A stretch of DNA of 64,000 nt from an uncultured delta proteobacterium (lineage in GTDB: Bacteria > Desulfobacterota > Desulfobacteria > Desulfobacterales > QNYZ01). Shown piece by piece: positions 31,064 through 40,778 of this stretch. The number at the start of each line of letters is the position of its first letter. The stretch's first letter is position 1. The notes beneath the pieces are model-generated. The model did not search any database and was not told where the DNA came from. It saw nothing but the letters and a program-made list of their open reading frames with translations. The stretch lies in contig CAWJQU010000002.1 of the NCBI GenBank assembly GCA_963845145.1, positions 288,001 through 352,000 of the forward strand, read 5' to 3'. Position numbers and translations under genes: made by a program.

Positions 31064-31090
31064 ATGACCAATTGGTAATGTTGCGGTCAT
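31064..31090 (+). promoter_or_regulatory. Putative CusR/CopR-type box upstream of degQ
   Basis: ATGAC-N6-GTAAT plus 11-bp-spaced direct repeats GGTAAT/GGTCAT. Confidence 0.5.
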
Positions 31091-31165
31091 CTTCTCGTTA
31101 ACTGTATGGATTATAATAGGTTTGAAAAAGCGTAAATTACTCAAATTGATTGTGGAGGTATTGTA

Positions 31166-32608
31166 ATGAAAAGGCTTTCAGTAAAAAAAGTAGCAATGTT
31201 GACTCTCGCCCTGGTGTTGGTGGTTGCCGGTTTCGGCCAATTTACCACGGCCCAGGCCGAGACGATCATGGTTCCCGTCAATTTTACCGAACTGGCTAAG
31301 GATGCCAAGCCCGGCGTGGTCAATATTCGCACCGTCAAAACCATCAAAGGCGGCGGCCGTGTGTTTCGCCATTTTTTCGGGCGCCCCGATCAGCGTCCGG
31401 GGGAAAAGCATCCGTTCGAAGAGTTTTTCGGAAGTCCTTCTCCCCGTCAGGATCCCCGCCGGGATTTCAAGCAGCGCAGCCTGGGATCCGGTTTCATCAT
31501 TGACAGCGACGGCTATATCGTCACGAACAATCATGTCATTGAAGACGCAGATGAAATCACGGTCAAAATTGCCAATGGCAAGGAGTATGAAGCCGAAATT
31601 GTTGGGCGGGACCCGTCCACCGACCTGGCCCTGATCAAAGTGGATCCCAAAGAGCGATTGTCACCACTGGTGCTCGGTGATTCGGACAAGATGGTCGTGG
31701 GTAACTGGGTCGTTGCCATCGGTAGCCCGTTTGGCCTGGAACAAACCGTGACCGCCGGTATCGTCAGTGCCAAAGGACGCACCATTGGCTCCGGCCCTTA
31801 TGACGATTTCATCCAGACAGACGCATCTATCAATTTCGGGAACAGCGGCGGGCCGCTTTTCAACATGAAGGGCGAGGTGATCGGTATCAACACCGCCATT
31901 ACGGCCAGTGGCCAGGGAATCGGCTTTGCCATACCTTCGAACCTGGCCAAAGACGTTATCGCCCAGCTGAGGGATAAAGGTGAAGTAACACGTGGATGGC
32001 TCGGTGTGGGTATACAGGATCTGGATGAGGAGCTGGCTGACTATTATAAAGTCGAAAATCGTGAAGGTGCACTGATTACGCAGGTGTTTGAAGGCGATCC
32101 GGCTGCCAAGGCCGGAATCCAGGTCAAAGATGTCATCGTGGCCATTGATGGCGTGCCAATCACATCCAGCCGCGACCTCACCCGTATGATCGCCAAAAAA
32201 GCGGTTGGGAAAAAAGCCAAAATCACCGTTATTCGCGATGGCAAAGAAAAGACCCTTTCTGTAAAATTGGGCAAACGCGATCAAGAAAAAACAACCGCCA
32301 AACGAAATGAGCCCGGCATCGAGCGCGGGTTCGGCTTCCAGGTCGACGATCTGACCCCGGAAATGGCGTCCCGGTTCGGTTACGAAGAAGACGAAAGCGG
32401 TGTGGTGGTCGTGGATATGGATGCCGATTCCAGTGCCGCCCAGGCCGGGCTGCAAATGGGCGATATCATAAAGGAAATAAATCGTAAGACCGTCAATAAT
32501 GCCGACCAGTTTACGGCTGAAATGAAGGATGCAAAAAAGACGGATACCGTCCAGCTTCTCGTAAAAGGTCGGCGCGGAGGCTATCGCGTCATAAAGATAG
32601 AACCTTAG
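31166..32608 (+). CDS. degQ: DegP/DegQ (HtrA/Do) periplasmic serine protease with two PDZ domains
   Basis: SLGSGFII, TNNHV, DLAL, QTDASINFGNSGGPL, RGWLGV. Confidence 0.95.
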   Translation: MKRLSVKKVAMLTLALVLVVAGFGQFTTAQAETIMVPVNFTELAKDAKPGVVNIRTVKTIKGGGRVFRHFFGRPDQRPGEKHPFEEFFGSPSPRQDPRRDFKQRSLGSGFIIDSDGYIVTNNHVIEDADEITVKIANGKEYEAEIVGRDPSTDLALIKVDPKERLSPLVLGDSDKMVVGNWVVAIGSPFGLEQTVTAGIVSAKGRTIGSGPYDDFIQTDASINFGNSGGPLFNMKGEVIGINTAITASGQGIGFAIPSNLAKDVIAQLRDKGEVTRGWLGVGIQDLDEELADYYKVENREGALITQVFEGDPAAKAGIQVKDVIVAIDGVPITSSRDLTRMIAKKAVGKKAKITVIRDGKEKTLSVKLGKRDQEKTTAKRNEPGIERGFGFQVDDLTPEMASRFGYEEDESGVVVVDMDADSSAAQAGLQMGDIIKEINRKTVNNADQFTAEMKDAKKTDTVQLLVKGRRGGYRVIKIEP

Positions 32609-32676
32609 TAGGCAGCATGACATAGCGGCTTCGATTTACTGAAGCCCGGACCCACCAGGTCAAAAAATATCATGAC

Positions 32677-32711
32677 CCCACCGGCGATATATTTGTATCA
32701 TCGCCGGTGGG
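32677..32711. terminator. Stem-loop between convergent genes
   Basis: CCCACCGGCGAT...ATCGCCGGTGGG. Confidence 0.6.
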
Positions 32712-32787
32712 TGTATATATTGAGCCGGGCCGAGCCTTTCAACTCATCGAAATCGTCCGTTACATGATACGATTCAGAGAAGGTTTA

Positions 32788-35226
32788 CTATTGCCAGTCC
32801 GGCGTGAGCCGCCCATCGGCATTGCGCCGCAGGGGTAGCCAGGCCAGACCGTAAAGTTCAAGCGTAATATTGGTGCTATTGGGTTTGATGGCGATCTCAT
32901 CCAGGGGCTCGGTTTCAGCGTCCATGGCAAAATCGATCTTGTCGATATCTGCCTGGAGCCGATCTTCCAAATCGGCGAGCTGCAGGCGGATCGATTCGGC
33001 CTTTTCCGTGGCCCGGGCAACGTCCATTTTTTCCTTTTGGGCCCGGGCGACCGATCGGACAGCCGTACCCATTCTTGATGCCGACCCCACGCTAACGGCT
33101 TTGCGCCCTAAAAATGCACCTAATATGGCGGTTCCAAAAGAGATCGCCGTCTGCACTTTGCTGGATTGGGCCTGTTCGCTTTCGCGGGCAATGGCCTGCT
33201 CGGCCCGTATGAGGCGATCCCTCAAGGTTGTGAAACGACGATCATAACGTGCACGCAATTTTTCAACAGCGAGATCACGATTTTCCCGGACCACCTGGGA
33301 TAGACGTGCACGAAAATCGCCTTCAGACTCGTTGGGTTGACTCGTCAATTTATGTTTCTTGGAACGAAAAAGGGTAAGCGGCCTATTCTGGCGCACCCAG
33401 CGCAAAAGATCCTTTTGCCATTTACGATAGCTGGCGCCCTTTTGGGCATCACCCGGCAAAGCGCCAAATTCGGCATCAGGTAAGGGGTCAATGGCGATAT
33501 AAGCCGGATCGAACTCAATGGCATCGTCCCAGTCCAGTACAACGGGTCCCTCATCCAGTTCGGCAGCCAGGGCCATGGTCCTCGTGATATCCATACCGTA
33601 TTTTTTACTGTCGTAGTGGACGTCCATTCGCCCAATAACGGCCGGTTGATACACCAGGCCTTTGCCCGCACCCGAAGCCCTCAGAAAAAAGACATCGACT
33701 TCCGGGGCACCGGTAGGCGGCGATGTTCGCACTTTCGACGTATCCGGCAGACGCCCGACTTGGGCAGTATCGGACATGGTGGTATTTGCGGCAATAGTAT
33801 CCGCACCTGAATTATCAATATTTATTTGCTTCAGGGTTTTAAGCTGCTCCCGGGTCATGGGCCCACGCAAATACGACAACACCCAGCGGGTTTGGAAAAT
33901 CACCGGTTCATTTTCATGCACGTTGTGCAGTAAAAAGACCCGTTTTCCCAGTCCGGCTAAAATTTCTTCCATGCGACCGCGGTCAAATCCTTGGCCGGCG
34001 GCAGCCCCTTCCAGGCCAGACAAAACCCGCTCTTTATCCCGCTGGGTTTGCAAGCGTCCGATAAACCAGGTCCCCGTATTGGCAAGCCCCTTGTAATCTA
34101 AGTCTACCGGGTTCTGGGTGGAAAGCACCATACCCAGTCCAAACGCCCGGGCTTGTTTTAATAAAGTCAGCAGTGGCGCTTTAGAAGGCGGATTACTCAC
34201 CGGTGGAAAGTACCCGAAGATTTCGTCCATGTAGACAATCGCCCTCAGACTCGATGTGCCCGGCTGCGTCCGCATCCAGCCAAGCAATTCGTTTAACAGT
34301 ATGGTAACGAAAAACATTCGTTCCGGATCCGACAAATGGCTGATACTGAAAATCGAGGCTTTGGGTTTTCCCTGGGGTGTATGCAGGAGCCGACCAATAT
34401 CAAGGGGGATGCCTTCCAGCCAGGCTTCAAATCCGGGTGCCGCTAATAGATTGTTCAGGCGCATAGCCAGCCCAAAGCGATCTTTATCCGGAAAAAAAGC
34501 ATCCAGCGCCATAACGCCAATCCGGGTAAACGGTGGCGACTGAATGGCTTGGATCAAGCCGGCCAGATCCAGTCCTTCTCCTCTGGTCCAGACTTGCTCG
34601 AAAATATTGGCCAGCAAAATATGCTCTCGGCTGGTAATGGGGTCTGCCTCAATACCCAAAAGGGCCAACAAACCTGTGGCAGTCGTCTGAATCCTTTCCC
34701 GCAGCAAATCGGTATCGTTCAGGACAGCCGCCGGTGGTGGGGCAAAATTTTTCAGGACGCTTACCGATAACCCGGCACTCGAACCTGGCGTATAAACGGC
34801 AAATTCGGCTGCAGCTTTCAAACGGGCGATCCGTTCGCCGGTTTGCCCCCAATCGGCCAGACCCTTTTGCCAGATCTCGGCCTGCTTCGTGGCGAACTGA
34901 TCATCTGTTAATCCCGCGTTGAGGGCATCCTGGGAATTAATCCAGGGCCGGAAGTCATCCGGTGACAGGTCGGGAAAGGTTAAAAGCAGATTGGACAGAT
35001 CGCCCTTTGGATCAATGGCGATCACCGGAACATTATCAATCAAGGCCTCTTCCAGCAACCCGATCCCCAAGCCGGTCTTGCCACTTCCGGTCATGCCGAT
35101 AATGACCGCATGGGTATTCAAGTCTTTAGAATCGTAAAGAATCAGGTCATCTTTAAGGGTTCGAGAATTCAGGTCGTATTCTTTACCGAGATAAAAGGCG
35201 CCAAGTTTTTCATAATCTGTTTTCAT
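32788..35226 (-). CDS. HerA/FtsK-superfamily ATPase (DUF87/DUF853-like) with C-terminal coiled coil
   Basis: THAVIIGMTGSGKT, IDPKGD, Walker B IVYMDE, KQARAFG, STQNPVD; C-terminal helical hairpin with FGTAILGAFLGRK. Confidence 0.85.
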   Translation of the reverse strand: MKTDYEKLGAFYLGKEYDLNSRTLKDDLILYDSKDLNTHAVIIGMTGSGKTGLGIGLLEEALIDNVPVIAIDPKGDLSNLLLTFPDLSPDDFRPWINSQDALNAGLTDDQFATKQAEIWQKGLADWGQTGERIARLKAAAEFAVYTPGSSAGLSVSVLKNFAPPPAAVLNDTDLLRERIQTTATGLLALLGIEADPITSREHILLANIFEQVWTRGEGLDLAGLIQAIQSPPFTRIGVMALDAFFPDKDRFGLAMRLNNLLAAPGFEAWLEGIPLDIGRLLHTPQGKPKASIFSISHLSDPERMFFVTILLNELLGWMRTQPGTSSLRAIVYMDEIFGYFPPVSNPPSKAPLLTLLKQARAFGLGMVLSTQNPVDLDYKGLANTGTWFIGRLQTQRDKERVLSGLEGAAAGQGFDRGRMEEILAGLGKRVFLLHNVHENEPVIFQTRWVLSYLRGPMTREQLKTLKQINIDNSGADTIAANTTMSDTAQVGRLPDTSKVRTSPPTGAPEVDVFFLRASGAGKGLVYQPAVIGRMDVHYDSKKYGMDITRTMALAAELDEGPVVLDWDDAIEFDPAYIAIDPLPDAEFGALPGDAQKGASYRKWQKDLLRWVRQNRPLTLFRSKKHKLTSQPNESEGDFRARLSQVVRENRDLAVEKLRARYDRRFTTLRDRLIRAEQAIARESEQAQSSKVQTAISFGTAILGAFLGRKAVSVGSASRMGTAVRSVARAQKEKMDVARATEKAESIRLQLADLEDRLQADIDKIDFAMDAETEPLDEIAIKPNSTNITLELYGLAWLPLRRNADGRLTPDWQ

Positions 35227-35526
35227 TTAAATTCCCCTTTAAATACCCGCAACATTCAATAATGGTTCAAAATCATCACAATACTCGAAAGCCACCGGCC
35301 ATTACAAATCGACATGGAATTTTTGTTTTCCTGAATTGAACTCGGAATTGAATCCCAAATTGAATCAGGATAAAATAACCATTTATCCTTATCCGAAAAA
35401 GGACATAAATTTTATTGACATAACCCAGTGAGGGCTGTCAATGCTCATGCGTCAAGGTCACAAGATTGGCAAAGATTGGATTCTGATCGCTCGGGGTAAA
35501 GGCCGATGACGGTGGATATGTGTAAT

Positions 35527-35898
35527 TTAAGCGGCTGGAGGCTGATCTTTTTTGATGTTTTCGTAATAAGCCGTTAAAAACCGACTCAATATTGACTGTT
35601 GGTTTTGATCCATTTCCGCAAAATCGATCCCGTTGTCAAACCGTCCGTTTTTCCTTTTGCGAACATGAACCACACGGCCAAAAATATCCACCAGGTTATC
35701 CTTCAGTCCGATGGTCAGAGCAACTTTTTGCCGGCGGGATAACGGGCGGTATGTGTCTAAACAAATTCCGGTTTTGGACAAGTTAAGCGTACGCCCCATC
35801 CCCTGACGAACGGCATTGTCCGCTTCATCAAAAACGACATAGGAAATAAGGTTAAGCGAATCGACACGCGGTGATTTTCTTTTATCTTTGGATGCCAT
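35527..35898 (-). CDS. Single-domain PilZ protein
   Basis: RKSPR (RxxxR), NLSKTG (D/NxSxxG), GRVVH, GIDF. Confidence 0.9.
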   Translation of the reverse strand: MASKDKRKSPRVDSLNLISYVVFDEADNAVRQGMGRTLNLSKTGICLDTYRPLSRRQKVALTIGLKDNLVDIFGRVVHVRKRKNGRFDNGIDFAEMDQNQQSILSRFLTAYYENIKKDQPPAA

Positions 35899-36167
35899 GA
35901 ATAAAAACCCACCTTTTGTGAATGTTTGCGTTAATCATAAAGCACTTACTGATTTTAGTGTCAAGAGCAAAGTAAACCGGATGGTGCGAATAAACGAATC
36001 AGCTGCGAATATAGTCATTTATTGAAAACCCGTCAATTCCCCTTTAAAATAAATGGGTTGTCGGGCTTGACGTATGTAAAAATTATCACTTAGATTTGGT
36101 CGATATAGCATTGATTACATCGTTTCAATATAAAATAGCAGGTAAAATATCAGAAACAAAACAGTCA

Positions 36168-36554
36168 AATTTAAATTTCGGGTTGGGTCAACGGCCATCC
36201 TTCTTGTTTTTTTCGTGGTTATCGCCCTGTTAACTAACATACGCTTGTTTAAGAGCGATGGTTACGCGAAGTGTTTATAAAAACACTGAAATTTTCATTA
36301 GTACGGCCGATGCGACGCGAACCTACGTTAAAGATATGCTTCGGCCCAAAATGTTGGAAATATTGCCAAAAGATGAATTTATTCCCCAGGCCATGTCAAC
36401 CTCGTATATCGGCCGGGAAATTATGAATCGTCTGCGCCAAAATTTCCCCGAATTCAAATACAAGCGCGACAGCAGGGCCATATCTATAACGCATTCAAAC
36501 GCAATGACCACATATGTAACCGAATTCACTTCATTCTTGACACGTTTTCACTAA
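36168..36554 (+). pseudogene. Remnant of a DUF3365/Tll0287-like periplasmic sensor gene
   Basis: TM segment (AILLVFFVVIALL) out of frame with ATRTYVKD.LRP...FIPQAMSTSYIGREIM..F.YKR; ends abruptly. Confidence 0.6.
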
Positions 36555-36620
36555 TTCGCTATTTTCTATTAACCATTTTTTTACGCATTTTTAACCCAAG
36601 TCATTTTCGGGAATAGCTGC

Positions 36621-37961
36621 ATGCTCGCATATCGCCATTCTACCATCGCCAATAAAATCCTGCTGGGTTTTTTACCGCTGATCGTGCTGCTTGGCCTTAT
36701 TCCCATTTATGCCTTAAGTAACATTAATAAATTAACTGAAATGAACCAGCGCATGGTTCAGGAAGATATTTTCATTATAGAATCCATCGATGACCTGTTT
36801 AACGAGTTGGTTTTGCAGGAATCTTTCGGTCAACATTATCTTATCGCCCAAACCGAAGAGATAAAGCAGCATTTCATTCAACATGGCGAGACGTTTAAAA
36901 AGCTCCTGGGCCAGTTGAAAACCAAAATAACCGATCCGGACCTGCTGGCCAAGATCGGTCAAATCACGGCACACCATCAACGGTACCTGGTCATGTACCT
37001 CACCCATTATCAGACGCTTGAAACGTTGTATGCCGATGATGTGGCCATAAGCGCCCGAAGAATATCGGCCCAATTTGATCGACTCAGCCGGTTTATCAAT
37101 GACATAAAACAGGATGCTTACAAACATCAAGAAAACCGGGTCCGCGATATTGCTTCGGTTAGCAGTAGATCTTTTAAAATAATGGCCGGGCTGGCGATTG
37201 CCGGTATCCTGATCGGTATCGGTTCCGCTTTTATAGCTTTTCGGTATATCCTTCGGTCGATTCAACAATTGATACGGGCCACGGAAGAAATTGCCGAAGG
37301 TAATTTTGATTTTGTCCCGGCCATAAAGGGGGAAGGGGAATTAAAAATACTGGCCCAATCATTTTCAGAGATGGGGCAACGGCTAGCCGCTTTAGAAAAA
37401 AGCAACCTTGATAAAAACCCGTTGACCCGTCTCCCGGGTGGCGTTACCATTGAAACCGTTTTAAAAACGAGGCTTGATGAGGAGCAACCCACCGCCTTTT
37501 GCCTGGTTGATATCGATCATTTTAAGGCCTTTAATGATCGCTACGGCTATGCAACGGGCAATAGCGTTATAAAAATGACCGCTGAAACCATTCAACGCGC
37601 CGCCAAGGCGCATGGGGTGGAGAATGACTTTGTGGGTCATATTGGCGGAGACGATTTTGTTTTTATAACCAACCCGATAAAATTTGATCGGATTTGCCAG
37701 GAGATTATTAAAATATTTGACGACCGCATCCACCAGTTCTATAACGCTGAAGATGCTGAAAATGGATTTATTGAAAGCACCTCCCGGCAGGGGGAAAAGA
37801 TGCAATTCCCCATCATGACGATCTCCATTGCGGTGGTCACCAATATGGATAAAAAAGAGTGCAGTCATATTCGGTTTGGAGAAATTGCCGCCGAATTAAA
37901 GAAAAAAGCCAAAACTTTAAACGGCAGTGTTTTTGTCGTCGATCAACGGAAGGACTCATGA
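36621..37961 (+). CDS. Membrane HAMP-GGDEF diguanylate cyclase
   Basis: Two TM segments, four-helix periplasmic region, HAMP, NPLTRLPG, DIDHFKAFNDRYG, GGDDF; no RxxD I-site. Confidence 0.92.
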   Translation: MLAYRHSTIANKILLGFLPLIVLLGLIPIYALSNINKLTEMNQRMVQEDIFIIESIDDLFNELVLQESFGQHYLIAQTEEIKQHFIQHGETFKKLLGQLKTKITDPDLLAKIGQITAHHQRYLVMYLTHYQTLETLYADDVAISARRISAQFDRLSRFINDIKQDAYKHQENRVRDIASVSSRSFKIMAGLAIAGILIGIGSAFIAFRYILRSIQQLIRATEEIAEGNFDFVPAIKGEGELKILAQSFSEMGQRLAALEKSNLDKNPLTRLPGGVTIETVLKTRLDEEQPTAFCLVDIDHFKAFNDRYGYATGNSVIKMTAETIQRAAKAHGVENDFVGHIGGDDFVFITNPIKFDRICQEIIKIFDDRIHQFYNAEDAENGFIESTSRQGEKMQFPIMTISIAVVTNMDKKECSHIRFGEIAAELKKKAKTLNGSVFVVDQRKDS

Positions 37962-38600
37962 GATTACGATTATTATTACTTATCTCGACACTTATAACGA
38001 TGGGTTGTTTGCCTGCGTTGCAGTCAGCACCCTCAAATCGTCTGGTCAACCAAAGTTGGCGGACAACGGACATTCAGCAAGAAATTGTCAAACGCGAAAA
38101 ACGCCCTCCCACGGATCATAAGAATCTTATTTATTCTGGCACTGCTTCACACCCATCCCCAAAACCAACATCCCGATTACCGGTCGGCTAATAAATATCT
38201 GGCTCGGTATCTATCGGTACAGCCAAAAGGTCAATCCGACACTCAGTCGGATTGGCGCGCCCAGCACATCCATCATTTGTTAAACACCATCACCGCCCTT
38301 GAGGAAAAGGTCGGTCGAAGCCAATCACAAACGGAAGTATTAACTTGGGAACAAACCGATTGCCAAAAAAAACAAGCCGCCTGTAGCAAAAAATTAAAAA
38401 ACCTGCGATGGGCCCTTAAAAAATCGGAAAAAAACACAGCCTACGCCCAAGAGCAGCTGAAAGAAGCCCAAGCATTTTTAACGGATACGGAAAACACGAT
38501 CAATCAACTGGAATCTGAGAATATAAAACTGGAAATACAGCTAAAAAAGCTGACCGATCTTTATCTTAATCTGGAAAAAAAACGCCAGGCGATCCAATAA
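37958..38600 (+). CDS. Lipoprotein with C-terminal coiled coil (QseG/YfhG-like), frameshifted
   Basis: Lipobox ITMGC in ORF from 37958; continues in another frame (LALLHTHPQNQHPDY...QLKKLTDLYLNLEKKR); shift at about 38085-38140. Confidence 0.6.
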
Positions 38601-38622
38601 TCCCTATAAATAGGAGGAAGCC

Positions 38623-38919
38623 ATGAGCATCAAAGTTTTAATCACACGAACCGTCCCAAGGGAAAAAGCCCGTGATATGCTACAGTTATTTCGAGAAATG
38701 AGATCATTGGCATCCAGTCAACCGGGATATATCTCCGGTGAGACCTTAAAGAGCAGCGATCAGCCGGATGTATTTTTGGTAATCAGTACCTGGGAATCAT
38801 CCGAATATTGGGAGAAATGGCTCTTAAGCAAAGATCGGCAGGCCATACAGGAAAATGTCGATGCGCTGTTAGGCGGTAAAACCAACTATGAGATTTTTCA
38901 CTATGGCTTTTCGGGGTGA
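38623..38919 (+). CDS. Antibiotic biosynthesis monooxygenase (ABM) domain protein
   Basis: QPGYISGETL, LVISTWES...W..W; RBS AGGAGG. Confidence 0.9.
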   Translation: MSIKVLITRTVPREKARDMLQLFREMRSLASSQPGYISGETLKSSDQPDVFLVISTWESSEYWEKWLLSKDRQAIQENVDALLGGKTNYEIFHYGFSG

Positions 38920-40307
38920 AGGTCTATGGCTGGGTCCAGTCCTCCTAACTCCTCTAACAGCAATCCGTAAGCGTTTTGCGCCAGTTTAAAACTTTTCAAT
39001 CGCCAGAACTCATCCGGTGCGTGAATATTCTCGTCGTCTAATCCAAACCCGAAATTCACCGTATACGCATTCAAGTGACGTTGAAATATGGCACACACAG
39101 GTATTGTGCCCCCCATCCGTACATAAAAGGGCTTTTTACCATACAGCCTTCTATGAACCGATTGCGCGACCTGATTACCGGGATGATCGTGTGGAATGGT
39201 ATAGGGGTCTGCTTTGCTGGGTTCTTGATTGACAGAAATTTTTACACCCCCCGGCGCGTTCTTCTTCACGTGTTTTTTGATCAACCCGGCAATATCATCC
39301 GGGGTTTGATCCGGCACCAGTCGGCAGGTAATTTTGGCATGGGCTTCACTGGGAATCACCGTTTTAGTGCCTTCATCCTGAAACCCACCCCAGATCCCGT
39401 TAAATTCAAGGGTTGGTCGAATCCACACGCGCTCATAAGTACTGTAACCTTTTTCCCCGAATAATTCATCGATACCCAGATCCTGTTTGTATTGATTTTC
39501 ATTAAAAGGAACCGCCTCGATTTGGGTTCGCTCGATCTCACTAAGGGGGTGGACTGAGTCATAGAAACCTTCGACTAAAATACGACCATCCGCTCCGTGC
39601 ATGGTGGCAAGCAACTGAACCATGGCCTGAATAGGGTTTAAAAATCCACCCCCGTAAACTCCGGAATGAACATCACTGCGAGCGCCGACCATATCAAGCT
39701 GAAGGGCGCAAAGCCCTCTCAAACCGGTTAATATGGCGGGTTGGTCTTCCTCCCATTGGCCGCCATCAGCACTGACGACCAGATCGCAAGCCAATTTTTC
39801 CTTGTTTTCAACTATAAATTCCGGAAGCTGCGGGCTGCCGATCTCTTCCTGGCCTTCAAAAAAGAATTTTAGATTTACCGGCAAATCCAGACCACTTTTT
39901 AAAAAAGCTTCAACCGCCAAGATGGGCGCCAGCATATTGCCCTTATCATCAGAAGCCCCGCGTGCGTATATGCGGCCCTCCTTGATGGTCGGCTCAAAGG
40001 GCGGGTAACTCCATAAATTTACCGGGTCCACCGGCTGGATGTCGAAATGGCCATAGACCATAATCGTCGGTTTGTCGCCCGCATGCAACCAGTCGCCATA
40101 TACCACCGGATGCCCGCCCGTGGGAAAGACTTCAACGTTATCGAGCCCGGCCGTTCGAAGTCGCCCAGCCACCCAGTCCGCCGCACGCTGAACATCCGCT
40201 TCGTTTTGCATAAGGCTAGAAATACTGGGTATTGTCAAAAAATCAATCAGCTGGTCTACATAGGTTTCTTGATGTGCCGCAAGATGATCCTGCCAGGTTT
40301 TTGTCAT
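38901..40307 (-). CDS. M20-family dipeptidase
   Basis: YGHFDIQP, YARGASDDKG, EGQEEIGS, HSG.YGG, GGTIP, HAPDE. Confidence 0.94.
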   Translation of the reverse strand: MTKTWQDHLAAHQETYVDQLIDFLTIPSISSLMQNEADVQRAADWVAGRLRTAGLDNVEVFPTGGHPVVYGDWLHAGDKPTIMVYGHFDIQPVDPVNLWSYPPFEPTIKEGRIYARGASDDKGNMLAPILAVEAFLKSGLDLPVNLKFFFEGQEEIGSPQLPEFIVENKEKLACDLVVSADGGQWEEDQPAILTGLRGLCALQLDMVGARSDVHSGVYGGGFLNPIQAMVQLLATMHGADGRILVEGFYDSVHPLSEIERTQIEAVPFNENQYKQDLGIDELFGEKGYSTYERVWIRPTLEFNGIWGGFQDEGTKTVIPSEAHAKITCRLVPDQTPDDIAGLIKKHVKKNAPGGVKISVNQEPSKADPYTIPHDHPGNQVAQSVHRRLYGKKPFYVRMGGTIPVCAIFQRHLNAYTVNFGFGLDDENIHAPDEFWRLKSFKLAQNAYGLLLEELGGLDPAIDLHPEKP

Positions 40308-40732
40308 TATTTTTCCCTTTGATTCATTTTTTCCATGGCCGCTCTTTCAGCCTCGAGTTCATCCAGAAGTTGCCGCAATGTCCAGGTTTCAGATGTCGGT
40401 GTGATAGCTGCCCAGAGCGCCGGCTTCATTTTCGTCTGGCGACAGGCACCCATTAGATAATGCAGCTCTTGTTCCGTGATACCCGAAACGATGATGGCTC
40501 GCGGGAGTGTTGAAGAAGTGCCTTTGCCGAAATCTTTAGTCTGGCTCAATAAGCCGGATAACCCCACGTCGATCTGTGCGTCATCAGCCCAAACGATTGG
40601 TAAATCGGCCAAATTGATCATTTTAAGCAGGGTTTCAAACTTTGACTGGGCTTCGGCCGGAAAGCCACAAAGCAAAAGCTTGCGGTGACCATGCATCGGT
40701 TTATCGGTTGCGGATACTTTTTGAAATGTCAT
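40307..40732 (-). CDS. DUF3783-like protein
   Basis: Start reassigned to MTFQKV; PALWAAITPTSETWTLRQLLDELEAER. Confidence 0.75.
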   Translation of the reverse strand: MTFQKVSATDKPMHGHRKLLLCGFPAEAQSKFETLLKMINLADLPIVWADDAQIDVGLSGLLSQTKDFGKGTSSTLPRAIIVSGITEQELHYLMGACRQTKMKPALWAAITPTSETWTLRQLLDELEAERAAMEKMNQREK

Positions 40733-40778
40733 TTGAGTTCCTTCTAGGTTTTCGTCGCAATTATTTCGGTGTCTCTTT

